Positions 13,270 to 27,255 are shown, counted from the first letter of the stretch. The stretch: DNA of 64,000 nucleotides from Octopus sinensis (GCF_006345805.1 NC_043008.1:64790001-64854000); one strand, 5' to 3'. A program made the numbers and translations. Notes: generated from the letters alone by a model not told the origin.

Positions 13270-16158
13270 GATGTACCAGTAGCTGCGTCTGTGTGTTACC
13301 AATACCACGTTTCAACGAAAATATAAGTTTGAGACCACATGGATGCACCCTGCATCTAAAGAATGGCATATTCTGGATTAAATCCTTGTTAGGGTGCGTG
13401 GCTGATGTCCAGTGTGTTCGTGTGCTTCGTGGGGCTGAGTGTTGGATTGGCCACCGCCTGGTATGTTCAAAAGTGAAATTAATCAAAAAACGTAAAATAT
13501 TAAGGCTGCAGGTATTACCCTGCATAAAATACTGAATGTTGCTTATCTACAGTGTGATAGGGTGAAGAGACCTTTACGAGAGCAAATGTGTTGCAGATAC
13601 TGGTGAGGACTGGCCGACCCTTAAAAAGTCAGTTTATGATATAGGCAGAAAAGTTCTGGGATTGATGCAAAGAAAGCATCAAGATTGGTTTAAAGAAAAT
13701 GATGAACATATAAATTATTTATTGGCTGATAAAAGACGTACTTTGTCAGGTTACTTGACAGCAAAGCCACAGCAGAGAGGTGTGTTGCATAGGGAACTCA
13801 AGGATGTGAAATCCCGTGTGAGGCGGAGGCTCTCTCAGATGAGGGATACGGGGCACAGTAAGAAGGCTGATGAGATACAGGCGGCGTCGGATTCCAATAA
13901 AACAAAGCTGTTGTATGGTCTCTTGCGAGGGGTTTATTGACCGTCTTCTCTGACGACACCACTTCGAAGCAGGGATAGTAAAGAACTTCTTCATGATTCA
14001 CAAAGAATTCTGCGAAGGTGGCTAGAACACTTTGATGAACTTTTGAATCAGCAGTCTGTAGTTAGTGAGGATATTCTCAATATTCTCAATCTCATCCCTG
14101 TGTTACCTGTGAAGGCGGCTCTCGCGGAACCAGCAATGTTGGAAGAATTTGCGGCGGCTGTCTCAAGGATGAATAATGGGAGCTCTCCGGGTATGGATGG
14201 CATACATGTGGAGTTGTTACAGCATGGCGATGAGAAACTTCTGCAGCAAATTCACTCCTTGTTTGGTAGGGTATGGGCTAGTGAATCTGTACCTGAGGAC
14301 TGGAGAGGTACAGTAATCGTGGTCTTATATAAGGATTGATTGTGGTAACTATATGGCAATATCATTGATTTCTATCGTAGGAAAGGTTTTATGCAGGGTA
14401 CTTCTGAATCGTCTGCTGAAACACGTTGCAGATTGTGTTCTTCCAGAACGTCAATCTGGCTTTCGTGTGAGACGCGGCACTGCTGATGTGATCTTCTCAG
14501 CTAGACAGCTTCAGGAATAGTGTGTCGAACATGGTCTGTATTTACATCAGGTTTTTATCGATCTGACAAAAAGCCTTCGATACCTTTAATAGAAATGGAC
14601 GGTGGAAGCCCTCCAGAAACTTGGTTGTCCTGAAGAGTTCCTTGCTTTGGTTAGGTCTTATCATGAAGACATGAAGGGTAGGGTTAATGTTAGAGGTAAA
14701 ATGCCGGAGACCATCTCAATAAAAAATTGAGTGAAACAGGGGGATATGCCTGGCACCGACCCTATATGCCATATATTTTGCGATGGTTTCCTGTATTGCG
14801 TCCAGAAATTGCAGATATGGTGTTTACATCCATTATCAAACCTCTGGCAGCATGTTCAGTATCAGGCGCCTTGCTGCAAAAGCAAAGGTATTCACTTTTA
14901 TCGTATGATACCTTTTGTATACAGATGATAGTGAGCTAGTAGCGCACACAGAGATTGATATGCAACACATTTTGAATGCATTCTCCAATGATTGTACTGC
15001 CTTAGGATTGACGGTCAGTCTCAAGAAAACTGTTGTCATGGACCAACCTGCCCCTAGTAAGCTGTATAATGAACCAAATATCTATGTGTATGATAAACGA
15101 CTTGGTGTAGTTGATCAGTTTCACTACCTGGGAAGTACTGTTAATAGATATAGCAATTTGGACAGTAAAAATCCATACAGAATTAGGAAAGTAAGTGATG
15201 CTTTCGGAAAGCTAGAAAGGCGCCTCTGGAGTCGGCGAAACATATGCAAGAAGGCAAAGATAAAGGTGTACAAGGCGTGTGTGCTCTCTTCTCTTCTCTA
15301 TGCCTGCGAGACGTGGGTTAATTATCGATACCACCTTAAACAGCTGGAAAGTTTCCATCAGATGTGTTTCAGACGGATCTATGGCATTAATTGAGAGGAC
15401 CGCATCAGTGATCTTCAGATATTGGAAGGCTCTCTGTGTAAAAGTATAGAAATTCTTGTGTTGAAGCAAAGGCTCATATGGAGTGGTCATCTGGTCAGGA
15501 TAAAATATTCAAGGATGCCAAAAGAACTCTTTTATGGAGAGTTAGCTGAAGGAGAACGACCCCCACATAAACCAAAAAAAGAGGTATAAGGACTTGCTGA
15601 AGGCTTCCTTAAGAGATCCTTGCCTCTCTCATGACACATCGGAGGGCATAGCTATTGACCGTAGCAGGTGGAAAATGATTGTGCATGAGGGTACAGCTAC
15701 TTTTGAGAAATCTCTAGTTACGCATGACAAAATAAGGAGGGATGTCCGGGATGGCATCGCTGTTGCACTTTGAGACGGTAAGGGTCTTCCTATGATGTTG
15801 CCATGTAGTGTCTATGGAAAACCATGCCTCAGTAAAGCTGGGCTCATGTGTCATCTTCGTAGTTATAAGGCGAGACCGATGATTGACGACCAGGCCGCTG
15901 GTGGTGGTGCTACACACCATACTAATCATATCTGTGGAAAGGTGTGTCATTCAGTGGGAGGACCTAAATGACATGCAAAGGTATATTACGCCCAATTGCA
16001 ATTACAGCCGGCTATTGCCTGCAATGGTTTTAGCTGTCAATCCTATCCAAGACATTGTAGATCTTTAACTGGGCTAAAAAGTCACGTTCGATCACAGCAC
16101 AGTTAACAGTTAAGATTCGTGCAATGGCCATACTCGATAACGAGGGGGCAGCCATCAT
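13270..16158 (+). mobile_element. RTE-clade (BovB-like) LINE, 5'-truncated, decayed
   Basis: End of the endonuclease 'TTWMHPASKEWHILD', 'HQDWFKEND', RT 'NNGSSPGMDGI..ELLQHG', 'YTDDSELVAHTE', 'FHYLGS', 'SSLLYACETW..YRYHLKQLESFHQMCFRRIYGI', 'RLIWSGHLVR...PKELFYGEL'; many stops and frameshifts; ends in a (TATG)n tail. Confidence 0.93.
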
Positions 16159-16590
16159 GTATGTATGTATGTATGTATGTATGTATGCATGTATGTATGT
16201 ATGCATGTAGGTATATATATATACACATATATATATATATATGCTTGTATACATAGACATACATACACATAATATGTATTTATATGTATGTATATATATG
16301 TATATATATATATATATGTATGTACGTATGTATGTATGTATGCATATACACAGATACATATGGATGTGTGTGTGTATAAGTGTATAAGTATGTGTGTGTA
16401 AGGCTTTCTCACATTTCCATTTATGTTAACTGCAGGTGCATTTGATCTAATAGAATGGTTAAGAAATTATCAATTACTTATCATAGTGGTATACATTAAC
16501 AGAGAATATGCATACACACAGACACACATATATGTATACATGTATATACAGATGTATAATATATATAGATATACATATGCATATATACAC

Positions 16591-16642
<52 letters not shown>

Positions 16643-17263
16643 TATATATGTATGTATATATATTCATACGTATATCCATATAGATATACATAAGTGCAGA
16701 ATTTCCTGTCTGTGCGTGTATGTTTGTGTTCATAATGTGAGTATCTAAGTATTTATTCATACATATATATATATACATATATATATACATATATATATAT
16801 ACACATATATATATACGTGTATGTGTAGGCATCTGAAGAGTGAATGGAACGTATGGTATATAGATGATTCAGGAAGAAATGGCAAAAACGAATAAAATAA
16901 TTGAAGACAAATAATATAAAAAGGCTCCTAGTATAAAAAAAGAAATGGCGACTAAAGTAAATGCTTTTCACTTTACTGCTAACAATTTTAAACTGAAAGC
17001 AACATCTTCAAGTCTGCCTTCATTTACTTATGCTAGCTTATTTCTTGTATTTTATTATCTTGCCTTCTTACAACTGCAACATTTTCTCTGCTCTGGTAAA
17101 ACTATAAAACAGATAAAAGCATTTGTCTAAATTTGAGTAAGTCAAACCAAATTAGTTTTGATTCGAAAACCAGTTTGCGTGATCAAGATACTTTAGTGCT
17201 TTGATTTCTATTATTGTTCATTGAGGATGTCCATTAGTTCTTGTCTACAGTAGTGAAAACAAC

Positions 17264-17300
<37 letters not shown>

Positions 17301-17417
17301 TAATAATAATAATAATATAATAATAATAATAATAATAAAAGTAACAACAACAACACCAACAACAACAAAGACAGCAACAGCAATAACAACAACAACAATA
17401 ATAATAATGATACTAAC

Positions 17418-17457
<40 letters not shown>

Positions 17458-17554
17458 GATAAGAACAAAATCTTTAAAAAGTCATCTTACATGCAGCTAA
17501 CTGCATATATATATGTGTGTGTTTGTGTGTGTGCAGGTGCATATACATATATAT

Positions 17555-17597
<43 letters not shown>

Positions 17598-17702
17598 TAT
17601 ATATATATGTATGTGTGTATGTACAAAGATACATATATCCATATGCTCAAGTGTGTAAATTCATACATATAAATATATATGCATATATACCTGTGTGCAC
17701 AC

Positions 17703-17759
<57 letters not shown>

Positions 17760-18167
17760 CATACATATGCATACATGTATACATACATGCATACATGTAT
17801 ACATACATATATACATATATACATACATACACACACACATACATACACACACACATACATGCAGAAGAAAATTCCCGCAATATGCATCACGTGAACTATC
17901 ATTTTTTACTTTGCTTTTTCTTTTGGTTCACCTTTCCACCTGCTTGTTTCCCCGTCGCCAATTACATAGAAGTTAATGGTTGTTTACCATAGTAAAAATG
18001 GCTTAGCAGAATTTATATTCGATATGGGATGGCTACTATACATAATCGTCTTCCTGCAAATTCATATCGGTATATGTGTACACAGACATATACGCTTGTG
18101 TATGTGCGTCTGTGTGTATGTATATATATATATGTATGTATATATATATATATGTATGTATATATAT

Positions 18168-18219
<52 letters not shown>

Positions 18220-18366
18220 GAGAGAGAGAGAGAAAGAGAGAGAGAGATAGATATGCATATATGATGCGTTTATATATATGTGTATGTCTGTGAATATATT
18301 ATGTGTATATATGTATATATATATGTGTGTATATGTATTTATGTATACACACACACACACACACAC

Positions 18367-18425
<59 letters not shown>
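16159..18425. repeat. Microsatellite-dense region, including (AAT)n/(AAC)n at 17264-17458 and (TA)n, (CA)n, (GA)n tracts
   Basis: Direct inspection. Confidence 0.9.
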
Positions 18426-18426
<1 letters not shown>

Positions 18427-18689
18427 CACCTCACCAACATACATGTTTTCTAAACAGAGTCAGTCGATTGACCTCCCTTGATCAGATGAACATATCAATT
18501 CCAAATCTGCTTTACGATATTTTTGAAGCTAATATTCTACTTTTTGATTTCTCTCACCACTAGGTAACCTGAAATAAGTTTACTTTTAGAATAAATTTTC
18601 CTGTCCATAAAATAGGAAGCAAATGTATAAACCCCTGCTGTGTACTAAGTCCTATCCATTTTAATGTAGTTCAATATTTTACATAAGTA

Positions 18690-18835
18690 TCAGGTCATCT
18701 CATAAGTTCTATCCGAATTTTGAATAAAGAAAGCAAGTGATCAAATGTTATATTTAATTGAAATTTAATCATCAATGCACTTTCCCTGATTATCTATGTC
18801 TTCCTTTCATCTATTTACAAGCTTTTTAATTCCCA
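18690..18835 (-). mobile_element. Terminal fragment of the same mariner family as 8624-9649
   Basis: TA followed by tcaggtcatctcataagttctatccgaattttga; about 145 bp colinear with 8624-8760. Confidence 0.85.
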
Positions 18836-19439
18836 CAGACTGAATCAGCATAATATAGTAAACGATGTAATTAGTTTGTCTAATTACATACACAATTAAT
18901 CCAATAGGCTTTATACAGTTTTCGTTCATTCAGTTTCTCTCGTACAGTATGTTTCGATTGGGAGTTGTGATAGAAAGGTAAACCTGTTAAGCAGTCGGCT
19001 ATTCCTGCCTTTACAGTATATAGTAGGGATAAGGTAGTCATTGATAAATGAACATGGAACGTTTTTGATCATATGTCCCTCACTTCAAAGTTGATGTCGA
19101 TCTAAACAACGTCACAAGCAATAAGCAACAATGAACAACAACAAACAAAACAACAAAGGCATTGACCATCATCGCCTCAGCAACGAAAGATTCTTCTACA
19201 TAGTGATTCTGCAAATAAAAGGTCCGTGAATGTTTACTCAAATCATATCATGCCTTAAAACTCTTAAAGAGTGATGGATCGCATTGGAATTTCTACTCTT
19301 TTGAATAGATATAGAATTTATGAATAAAAGGAATAATTTCAGCAGATAAACTCATCAGTTAAACGTTACATAATTCCAGTGGTTATAAGAATTTATAGAA
19401 TGTTGAATTCCACGAGTGCGTACGTATGTGTGTATTTCT

Positions 19440-19647
19440 GTATTCTTTCACTTGTTTCAGTCATTTGACTGCAGCCATGCTGGAGCATCACCTTGAATAG
19501 TTTTAGTCGAAGGAATCGATGCCAGGACTTATTCTTTGTAAATTTAGTACCTGTTCTAATGGGTCTTTTTCGCCGAACTGCTAGGTTTCGGGGACGTGAA
19601 CACAGCAAAATAGGTTGTCAAGCGATGGTGGGGGACAAACACAAACA

Positions 19648-19684
<37 letters not shown>

Positions 19685-19687
19685 ACA

Positions 19688-19722
<35 letters not shown>

Positions 19723-19880
19723 GTATATCACCGGCTTTTTCCAGTTACCGTCTACGAAATCCAGTCACAAGGCTTTGGTCGTCCGAGGTTATAGCAGAAG
19801 ACTCTTGCCCAAGGTACCACACAGTGGAACTGAACCTGGAGCCATGTGATTGAGAAGCAAGCTTCTTACCAAATAGTTAC
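19440..19880 (-). mobile_element. SINE family B with internal (CA)n
   Basis: Same body and tail (tttcagtcatttgactgcagccatgctggagcatcacc on +) as the 10035 copy. Confidence 0.8.
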
Positions 19881-20469
19881 GCTTGAATTTTAAGCCATAT
19901 GTATGTTATAGTTGATATTTAGCACCAGATTTCATGTGGTCAAGTAGAAATATAATAAAACGCGACACGCCTGGGAAGATTGGTAACCTCTATCCATCGC
20001 TCTTTTTTTTTATCACCACTTACATACCTTCCTTCCTAACTAACATAAATCTAGAAGGCTTTGTAAAACGCCATGAGAACTATCTTCTTTCCTAATTTTC
20101 CTAAGCATAACATTTAACATTTGTACTGATAGGGTAATGTTGCCCACTGTGTTATTGTCACCAATTATCTTGAGACGGTAAAACGTGATTTGAGAAAGGC
20201 TTCTTTGCTATTTCAAGCAGATCAGGCACTTACGACACCATTTTTGACCCGTATATGCATCCTGTCTCATATAGACATTTCGTTTTTCAGCTATGTGCAA
20301 TAAATGATTTTACTTAAGGTACAACGCCATTAGTAATATCGACTAATGGACGTGGATTAGTCGATATTACCCTTAACTCTAGTACGTTGATACTTTATTT
20401 TATCGACCCCAAAAATGTGTAAGGCAAACTTGACTCCGGGCTATTTGAACCCAGAATATAAAGAGATGC

Positions 20470-20690
20470 AACAAATATTCTTTTCTTCTGTTGGCACAAG
20501 GCCCGAAATTTTGGGGGAGGAGGCCAGTCGATTAGATCGACTCCAGTACACAGCTGGCAATTAATTTATCGATCCCAAAAGGATGTAAAGCGAAGTCGAC
20601 ATCGGCGGAACTCAGAAGGTACAGACAGACGAAATACCGTTAAGTATTTCGCCCGCCCGGTATGCTAACGTTTAGCCAGCTCACCGCCTT
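20470..20690 (-). mobile_element. tRNA-derived SINE, family A
   Basis: Reverse complement of ggcggtgagctggc... through gtcgactttgcctttcatcc-like and gatcgataaatt segments. Confidence 0.8.
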
Positions 20691-20704
20691 CAGTAACTTA
20701 TATA

Positions 20705-21972
20705 TTAAGTTGGTAACTAAGTTCCCGCCGTTTTTAAAATTTAAATTTTTTTAAAAGTTTAAATAAAAAATAACAACTAATTAATCAATAATGTATTCAC
20801 CCTTGTTGTTTACACCTTCTTCCCAACGTTCAACAATATTTTCAATAACTCGTTGGTACAAATCACCCGATTTCAACTTGAAAAATTGATCCAACCAAGC
20901 TCTCCATTCTGCATCAGTATTGAACGAAACTCCACGCATAACATTTGAAAGAGATCGAACGAGGTGGAAATCTATATGTACCAAATCAGGAGAGTACAGC
21001 GGGTGTGGCAGCATTTTCCAGCCATGCGTTTGAATGGCTTCCTTGGTCTTATTGACAATATGAGGGCGGGCGTTGTCGTGCAGCAGAGGAACTTCATGCT
21101 GCCGATTAGATCTTCTTTCTTGAATAGCCGTATTGAGTTCTGCATTGACCGTTTGGTTCCATTCAAGCAATTCGTAATGGATAATCCCTTCCCTGTCCCA
21201 CCATACGCACAACATCGTTTTACGAGGATGAAGATCTTGTTTCACGCGCGGTGTCGCTTGTTTATCGGGGCTAAGCCAGTCCTTACGCTGCTTCATATTG
21301 ATGTACAGACACCATTTTTCGTCGCTAATAACGATTCGGTATGAAATTGTTGCTTGTGTCCATGGGATGAGCGGTGACGAGCAAGCAAACCAGCGGAGAT
21401 TGTGGCTCGTTGATTTTTGTTGTTATCACTTAAAGCATGCGGAACCCATGTCCCATACTTCTGATCCTTTCCCATCGAGTGAAGATGCATCTCTATAACA
21501 CTGGGAGCATTCCATTTTCTCTGCCGGTTCCGTCGTCGTTTCGCGAAAGGTTTTCATGTAAATGTTTGTTTAATCGCTCTTCATCGAACTGAACTGGACG
21601 GCGAGAATGAGGAGCATCTTTAAGGTCAAAATTTCTATTTTTGAACTTGGCGTACCAATCACAAACGGTTCTTTCAGCTATGGCGCCCTCTTCATACACA
21701 GCACAAATGACGCGAGCAGCTGTTACGGCCTTAGAACCTTGATTAAAAACAAAAAGTAGGAGGTGTCGAAAATGCTCGTTTTTGTTAACTTGACATTCTA
21801 TTTTAATGATCTGAAAATAAACAAAAGTTAACTAAAATTAAGTAGGAAAAGAAACAAAAGAGATTCCAAAATGATTAAAAAATAAAATTCTCAAAAAAGT
21901 AGATTCCAAAATTTAGAAACGCAATAAATTCCAAAATTTTAAAAAACGGCGGTAACTTGGTTGCCAACCCAA
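20705..21972 (-). mobile_element. Full-length mariner transposon with pseudogenised transposase (about 21801 to 20781)
   Basis: TIRs ttaagttggtaactaagttcccgccgttttt / aaaaaacggcggtaacttggttgccaacccaa with TA TSD. Motifs 'WYAKFKNRNFDLKDAPHSRRP', 'WVPHALS', 'LCVWWDREGIIHYELL', 'LLHDNARPH', 'HPLYSPDL'; expected start codon reads ATA; frameshifts. Confidence 0.95.
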
Positions 21973-21987
21973 TATATCATGCGAAAG

Positions 21988-22200
21988 GCGGTGAGCTGTC
22001 ACAACTTTTACCACGACGCGTAAAACGTTTTGTAGCATTTCTTCACCTTTTACGTTCTGACTTCAAATGTCACCGGGGTAGACTTTGCCTTTCACTCTTT
22101 CAAGATCGATAAAAAAGTACCAGTATAGTACCGAGGTCGATGTAAATGACTAGCCCGCATCCCCTAAATTGCTGGCCTTGTGCCAAAATTTGAAGCCAAT
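21988..22200 (+). mobile_element. SINE family A, diverged
   Basis: ggcggtgagctg head, 'gactttgcctttcac', tail 'gccttgtgccaaaatttgaa'. Confidence 0.75.
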
Positions 22201-23730
22201 ATATGCTTTGTGATTTATTCACTTGATCAATTTTTATTCATCAGCGACATTCTTATTCAACATTTTGGACAACCATAATGCAACAATCTGCACTTTTTGA
22301 TCTTGTTTATTTGCTGTAAATATGCATAAAAACATATAAACCCCGCTCAAAAGCCGACACTGGTGGCTTCTCTCTTCAATTTGAATTGAAGAATTTGATA
22401 AGATGATAAAACAGAAACCATGGAAATGTTGATGGTCAATTTCTGTAATCTGAGAAATTCATGATGATGTCGGTTTTATATGATTCAGTACCTCATCTAA
22501 GTGGGTAGCTATACCACTTTTAAACACTTAATCTATAGTAGCTCGTTAGCTCACTTTAGTGGTTTTGCTTTGTATGTGGTCTGAATTAAGTCGTGATAGA
22601 GTCTCTAAGACACGATGCTCTTATCTCATAAATGAAAAGAAAGTCTTAATTTTCGTTCGATTTCAAATTAGCCACAAAATGAGTTCAAATTACATTTTAT
22701 CGTCTTACACCAACAATCGCACATTAGACAATATAGGTCTTGCTATACAATTTGACAGTACCGTACAACGCTAGGTGGAATGCTGTCTTTGATCACAGAG
22801 CTGCATGAACAAACTGACTTCGATTTAAGCATCACCAGCAACAGAGCCACTATTAATTATTTTCATTCATAGCCTACTTAATTATTTTGAATTTACATTA
22901 ATTAACAAAATATAAGTTTTCAAATATATACTCACCATTATGTACTAAACGTGAAAATCGAATATTTATTGAAAAAAAAATGTTTTATTCATTTGGCAAT
23001 TCTAATGATTAAGTAAAGATTAAATAAAATTCGCAAATATAAATATAATATAACGAAATTTAACGTTTATCGAAATCAATGATAATTATATAGCGAAAAT
23101 ATAAAGAAGACTTCTAAAGACTGAATTCGATCTCGCTATTCTATTGTTCCGTGTTTGAAAATATACTTCTGGTGCACTATCTTGTCTATAGGAAGTGTAT
23201 TAATGTACTTTCTATTATTCTCAGTCACTTTACAAACAATATAAACAAGTAGTTATACAATGTAGTTCTTTCTTCTATGCTTTTTTAAATCGATAAACTA
23301 TTTATTTTCCATTGTAAGCTGTATCACAGTATGTTATGCTACAGACATTCAACACATTGAAGCAATTGAATATAGTTATATCTTTATGTGATTCACATCA
23401 GAAAGATTACGTTTCACCAAGCTTAATACTTCTGTGAAGAAACGAAGAAACACTGATACAACAATGGCCAACATTGAAATCCTTTCTTCCAAATAATATA
23501 TGTCATGAATAAAATATGAGATAGAAAGTGACCAAATTCTAGCGGCAGTATGGTCTCGGAATAAACTATCGAATATTACAGAATAGAAAATAGAATAGGG
23601 AAATTGTGTAGGATGTTGTGCGGGCTGCGAAATATAAAGGGATTTTGAGGTAAACTAAGTCTAATGGGTTCAATCTTACTGAATCCTGTTTCTTTATGTA
23701 CTGTCAAAATACGAGAGCACATGCAACCGG

Positions 23731-24139
23731 GGGATCTTTTCGGTTTGAACGGCAGTTTTTAACATAATTTCTAGGTAACTAAAAAATTTTTAACATCGTA
23801 TACTGGTAGAATGTGTTTATAAAACATCTTTTTCTTTTGGCTTTATTGAGACAATTCTATAGTTTGTAAGATATGTTTGTTTTTTTTTTCTTCAATTTTT
23901 GCAATTTCAACCAATCACTGACGTCTATTGAGGTAAAAAAAAAACATTCTATGCCGTATGAATATGTCCCTCGTTTAAGAAACAAATTGGGTTTATTTAC
24001 TTTTGTGAAGAAAAAAGATACCCTTCCCCCACCCCTAACCCTAACCCTAAAACAGATTGAAATGCAATAGATCGATACTAGGGTCATAATTATGTGTGAC
24101 CCCGCTAGAAAAAACTGCCGTTCAAACCGAAAAGATCCC
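23731..24139. mobile_element. MITE-like element with 30-bp TIRs and internal (CCCTAA) repeats
   Basis: gggatcttttcggtttgaacggcagttttt (23731-23760) and aaaaactgccgttcaaaccgaaaagatccc (24110-24139); AACCGG directly flanks both ends; 'ccctaaccctaaccctaa' near 24034-24051. Confidence 0.9.
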
Positions 24140-27036
24140 AACCGGGTTGATGAGGCTTTTAGTCACAGACGAGAAGCTAGTGATCTGTTTCCTGTTATGA
24201 CTTCATTGTCCTTTTTTCCTTTATGTCTCTTAATGTTTCGAGCAAGGATTGTAGGATAGTAACTCATCGTTGCATTTAGCGTGAGTTCCTTAAAATTCCG
24301 TGTAGCCTGTTAGATTTGTGTTGCATGAAAGACTATAATCAGAGACAAGGAAATTTGCTGGCAGTAAAGTAGCTTCTTAGCAAGAGAGGTGTTTTGGTAC
24401 CTGTTTCATAGTCCTGAATTAGCATCGCAGATTAGTATCAGAAACTCTCATCCGAGTACATTTAACATGTCGAAAAATATCAGTCAAGTACCTCAGCCTT
24501 CCGAAGATCTTCCTATATTGTCTTGAAATTTTCATCAGTTTAGTTATAGAAGATCAGAAAATCACATTTCACTAAACTTGTGTATTTCATCGGTCGACGA
24601 TATGGATTCAGTCGTTCTATCAATTAATAACCTGCCCTTTAAGTTTAAGTAGCATCTGTCAAATAAATCTCAACGTAATTCTGACACAGAATCACAGTGA
24701 TGCAGTCTGAGTGACTGGTTTGTGTTGTGTGAATTACAGATTCGACCAATTCGAATAACTTCTAAACTTTATCTCTACTCAGTTTCAATTCTAAAGTATG
24801 GAGGGACGCGAAGCTATAGGAGATTTACCCAAGATGCCATGCACTGGTATAAACCCTAGAATTCTACGGTTGCGAAGCAAACGCTTTATCCATTCAGTAA
24901 TAGTGCATCTATACACGGTTATACCTTAAAAAATAATAATGAATTCTGTTTCCTACTATTAGTCTTTAAATGTGACACTGTCTATTAAATATCGCGTAAA
25001 CAGCGCTACTCTTTCGTAATTTGTCCAATTAACATTTAACACATCCCTAAAAATTGTTATACATAAAGTATTTCATATTTATATATAAATTGTAATCGAT
25101 TTACCTCAGTATATTTTTGTTGAATAGCATTATTATACATCTGATTCATTCGTCCTTTCTGCTATTTTTCGGACACCCATTAAATACGTATCTAAAACGC
25201 ATGCTCACGAAATAACAAGCTTTTTTTTAATATGATGCCTTCATATTTCACCATAATTCTGAGAACTAACCCATTATTTCCCGCATTCGTCTATGATTTA
25301 TGGAAATCCATTTTTCTCTGCATAGCAGACTTCTTTTCTCTTCTGGTAAACTAGGTTCAGTTATTTCGGGCACACATGGATGCACCGAGTATCAGGAGAA
25401 GTAAAATTATATATTTTATTTGAAATAGACAGGTACACAGTATATTCAGGATCCTTATATTCCTATATATGAATTGTGTTTGAAAAAATATCACAAGGTA
25501 AATTTTTGAGATCGAATATGTGCAATTTATCCATTCTAACACAGTATTTTTCTAGGTATTATTACATACATGATGAAAAATTCACTTTACCGTAACAAGA
25601 TTTGAACGGAGAATAAAACCTGAACGAATATAAAACTATGCATCATTCACTACAATTCCCTACTGCAATCTAACCTATTACTACAAAATGTTGACTGTTT
25701 ACCTTTCTACATAATCGTCTATAAATATACGAACACAATTGAATATAGTTATATAAAACTTAATAGTTAAAAATTTCGTTATATAACAAAAAAACTGAAT
25801 AGTTAAAAAAATAATTTACAAACGTAATCTTACCATGACGGTAACGTTAAGAATGTTTCTTTGAAATAATGTTTATATAAAAGGCAGGTTAAACTTCCCT
25901 GATAAGGATTACAGAGAAATCTCCTTAATCCATCACTCGGAGATATTAAATACTTATGGCTATGTCATTTGTGACAGAAACTTTCTAACTTCTTGCATTC
26001 CAATAGAAGCTTTTAAGTCGAGGTGTTTTCTTTCTTTTTTTAATATTACGCAGAATATTTAGTTTGATTTAGTATTCCTGTTTTGTTTTTTCTTCATTAT
26101 CATTTACTTTATTATTTACTTTGTGGGAAGTCAATTTTGATGTACTTTAAGGGTACTATATAGACACACTGTCTCACTTAAATGACAAATACGTTTTTGT
26201 TAAAAAATAACATTGCTCCGAGTAGCGATTGGTTACATTTAAAAGTTAAACGTAAACAGCGATGTTATAATTGTTAAGTGGGTGGCTGAAATATTACAAT
26301 ATTGTATGAAACAATAGGATTTCCATAAAATTATAAACACTGACACTTTAATTGCATTGTTCTCTGATCCAAAAGCAGACGCCACTGCATTGCTTGCTTA
26401 AAAGTCCAGACAAAGACGTACATAGATGAACTGAAGTTTTCTACTGATCATCATGTCCAAAAGAATGTTCACAACTCAACGAAGAAGCAAGCATGGATTT
26501 ATTAAAACTAGTAGCATAGCTAAATCTACCTCAAATAAGATTGTATGCGCTACAAAATAGATTGCTAGAGAAGGTAATGCATGCATATAATGGATGTAGA
26601 GAATAACGAGTATAATAAACAGATACGATATGATTTCAATATGATAGGAGGGTAACGGTCTCTAATCCTTTGATATCCTTTAAGCTAACCTAAGAATAAA
26701 AACGCAAAAATACAATGCTAATCTGGCGGATAATCTCAGTTGTATTAAGTGAAAAATATATGATACATTTTTGTTTTGTGCCATCATGAAATATTTAATT
26801 GATATATGATAGTGTGCGTTACGTTGGATACAATCCAAAAGGCCAGCACAGATATTATTGTTGTTTAGTCACAAATTATCCTGCTTAAGTAGACGTTATG
26901 ATCAAATACATGTAGGGGAAGCCAGGATTAACCCGTCATTGTACTATACGCCGTGCTTCTAATTAATATTGTATATCAAATGAGACTGGCTCTCCAATCG
27001 TTTATTTGACATCAGTCTTATTTAATTAAATAAGTT

Positions 27037-27255
27037 AAATTAATATCATGTGTTCACATCTACGAAACTAAGAAATGGTTACCTCTGAATTGTGTCCTCA
27101 TAACCGTTTTCAGTATTTAGACCGAATATGGAAACTTTACTATTCTGAAAGATTGGTTGAACAATGAGAGAGAAATATGTGAAAACGGTTATGAGGACAC
27201 AATTCAGAGGTAACCCTTTCTTAGTTTCGTAGATGTGAACACATGATATTAATTT
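27037..27255. repeat. Near-perfect 76-bp inverted repeat with 67-nt spacer
   Basis: 27037-27112 versus 27180-27255, one mismatch by manual comparison. Confidence 0.92.

Noticed and set aside
17211-17244. Resemblance of the speculative spliced peptide end (RQELMDILNEQ) to xylose isomerase C-termini
   Set aside because: Only a few residues match and the gene model itself is unverified.
26440-26800. Possible CR1/L2 RT remnant (KHGFIKTSS)
   Set aside because: Too decayed; only one motif can be aligned.
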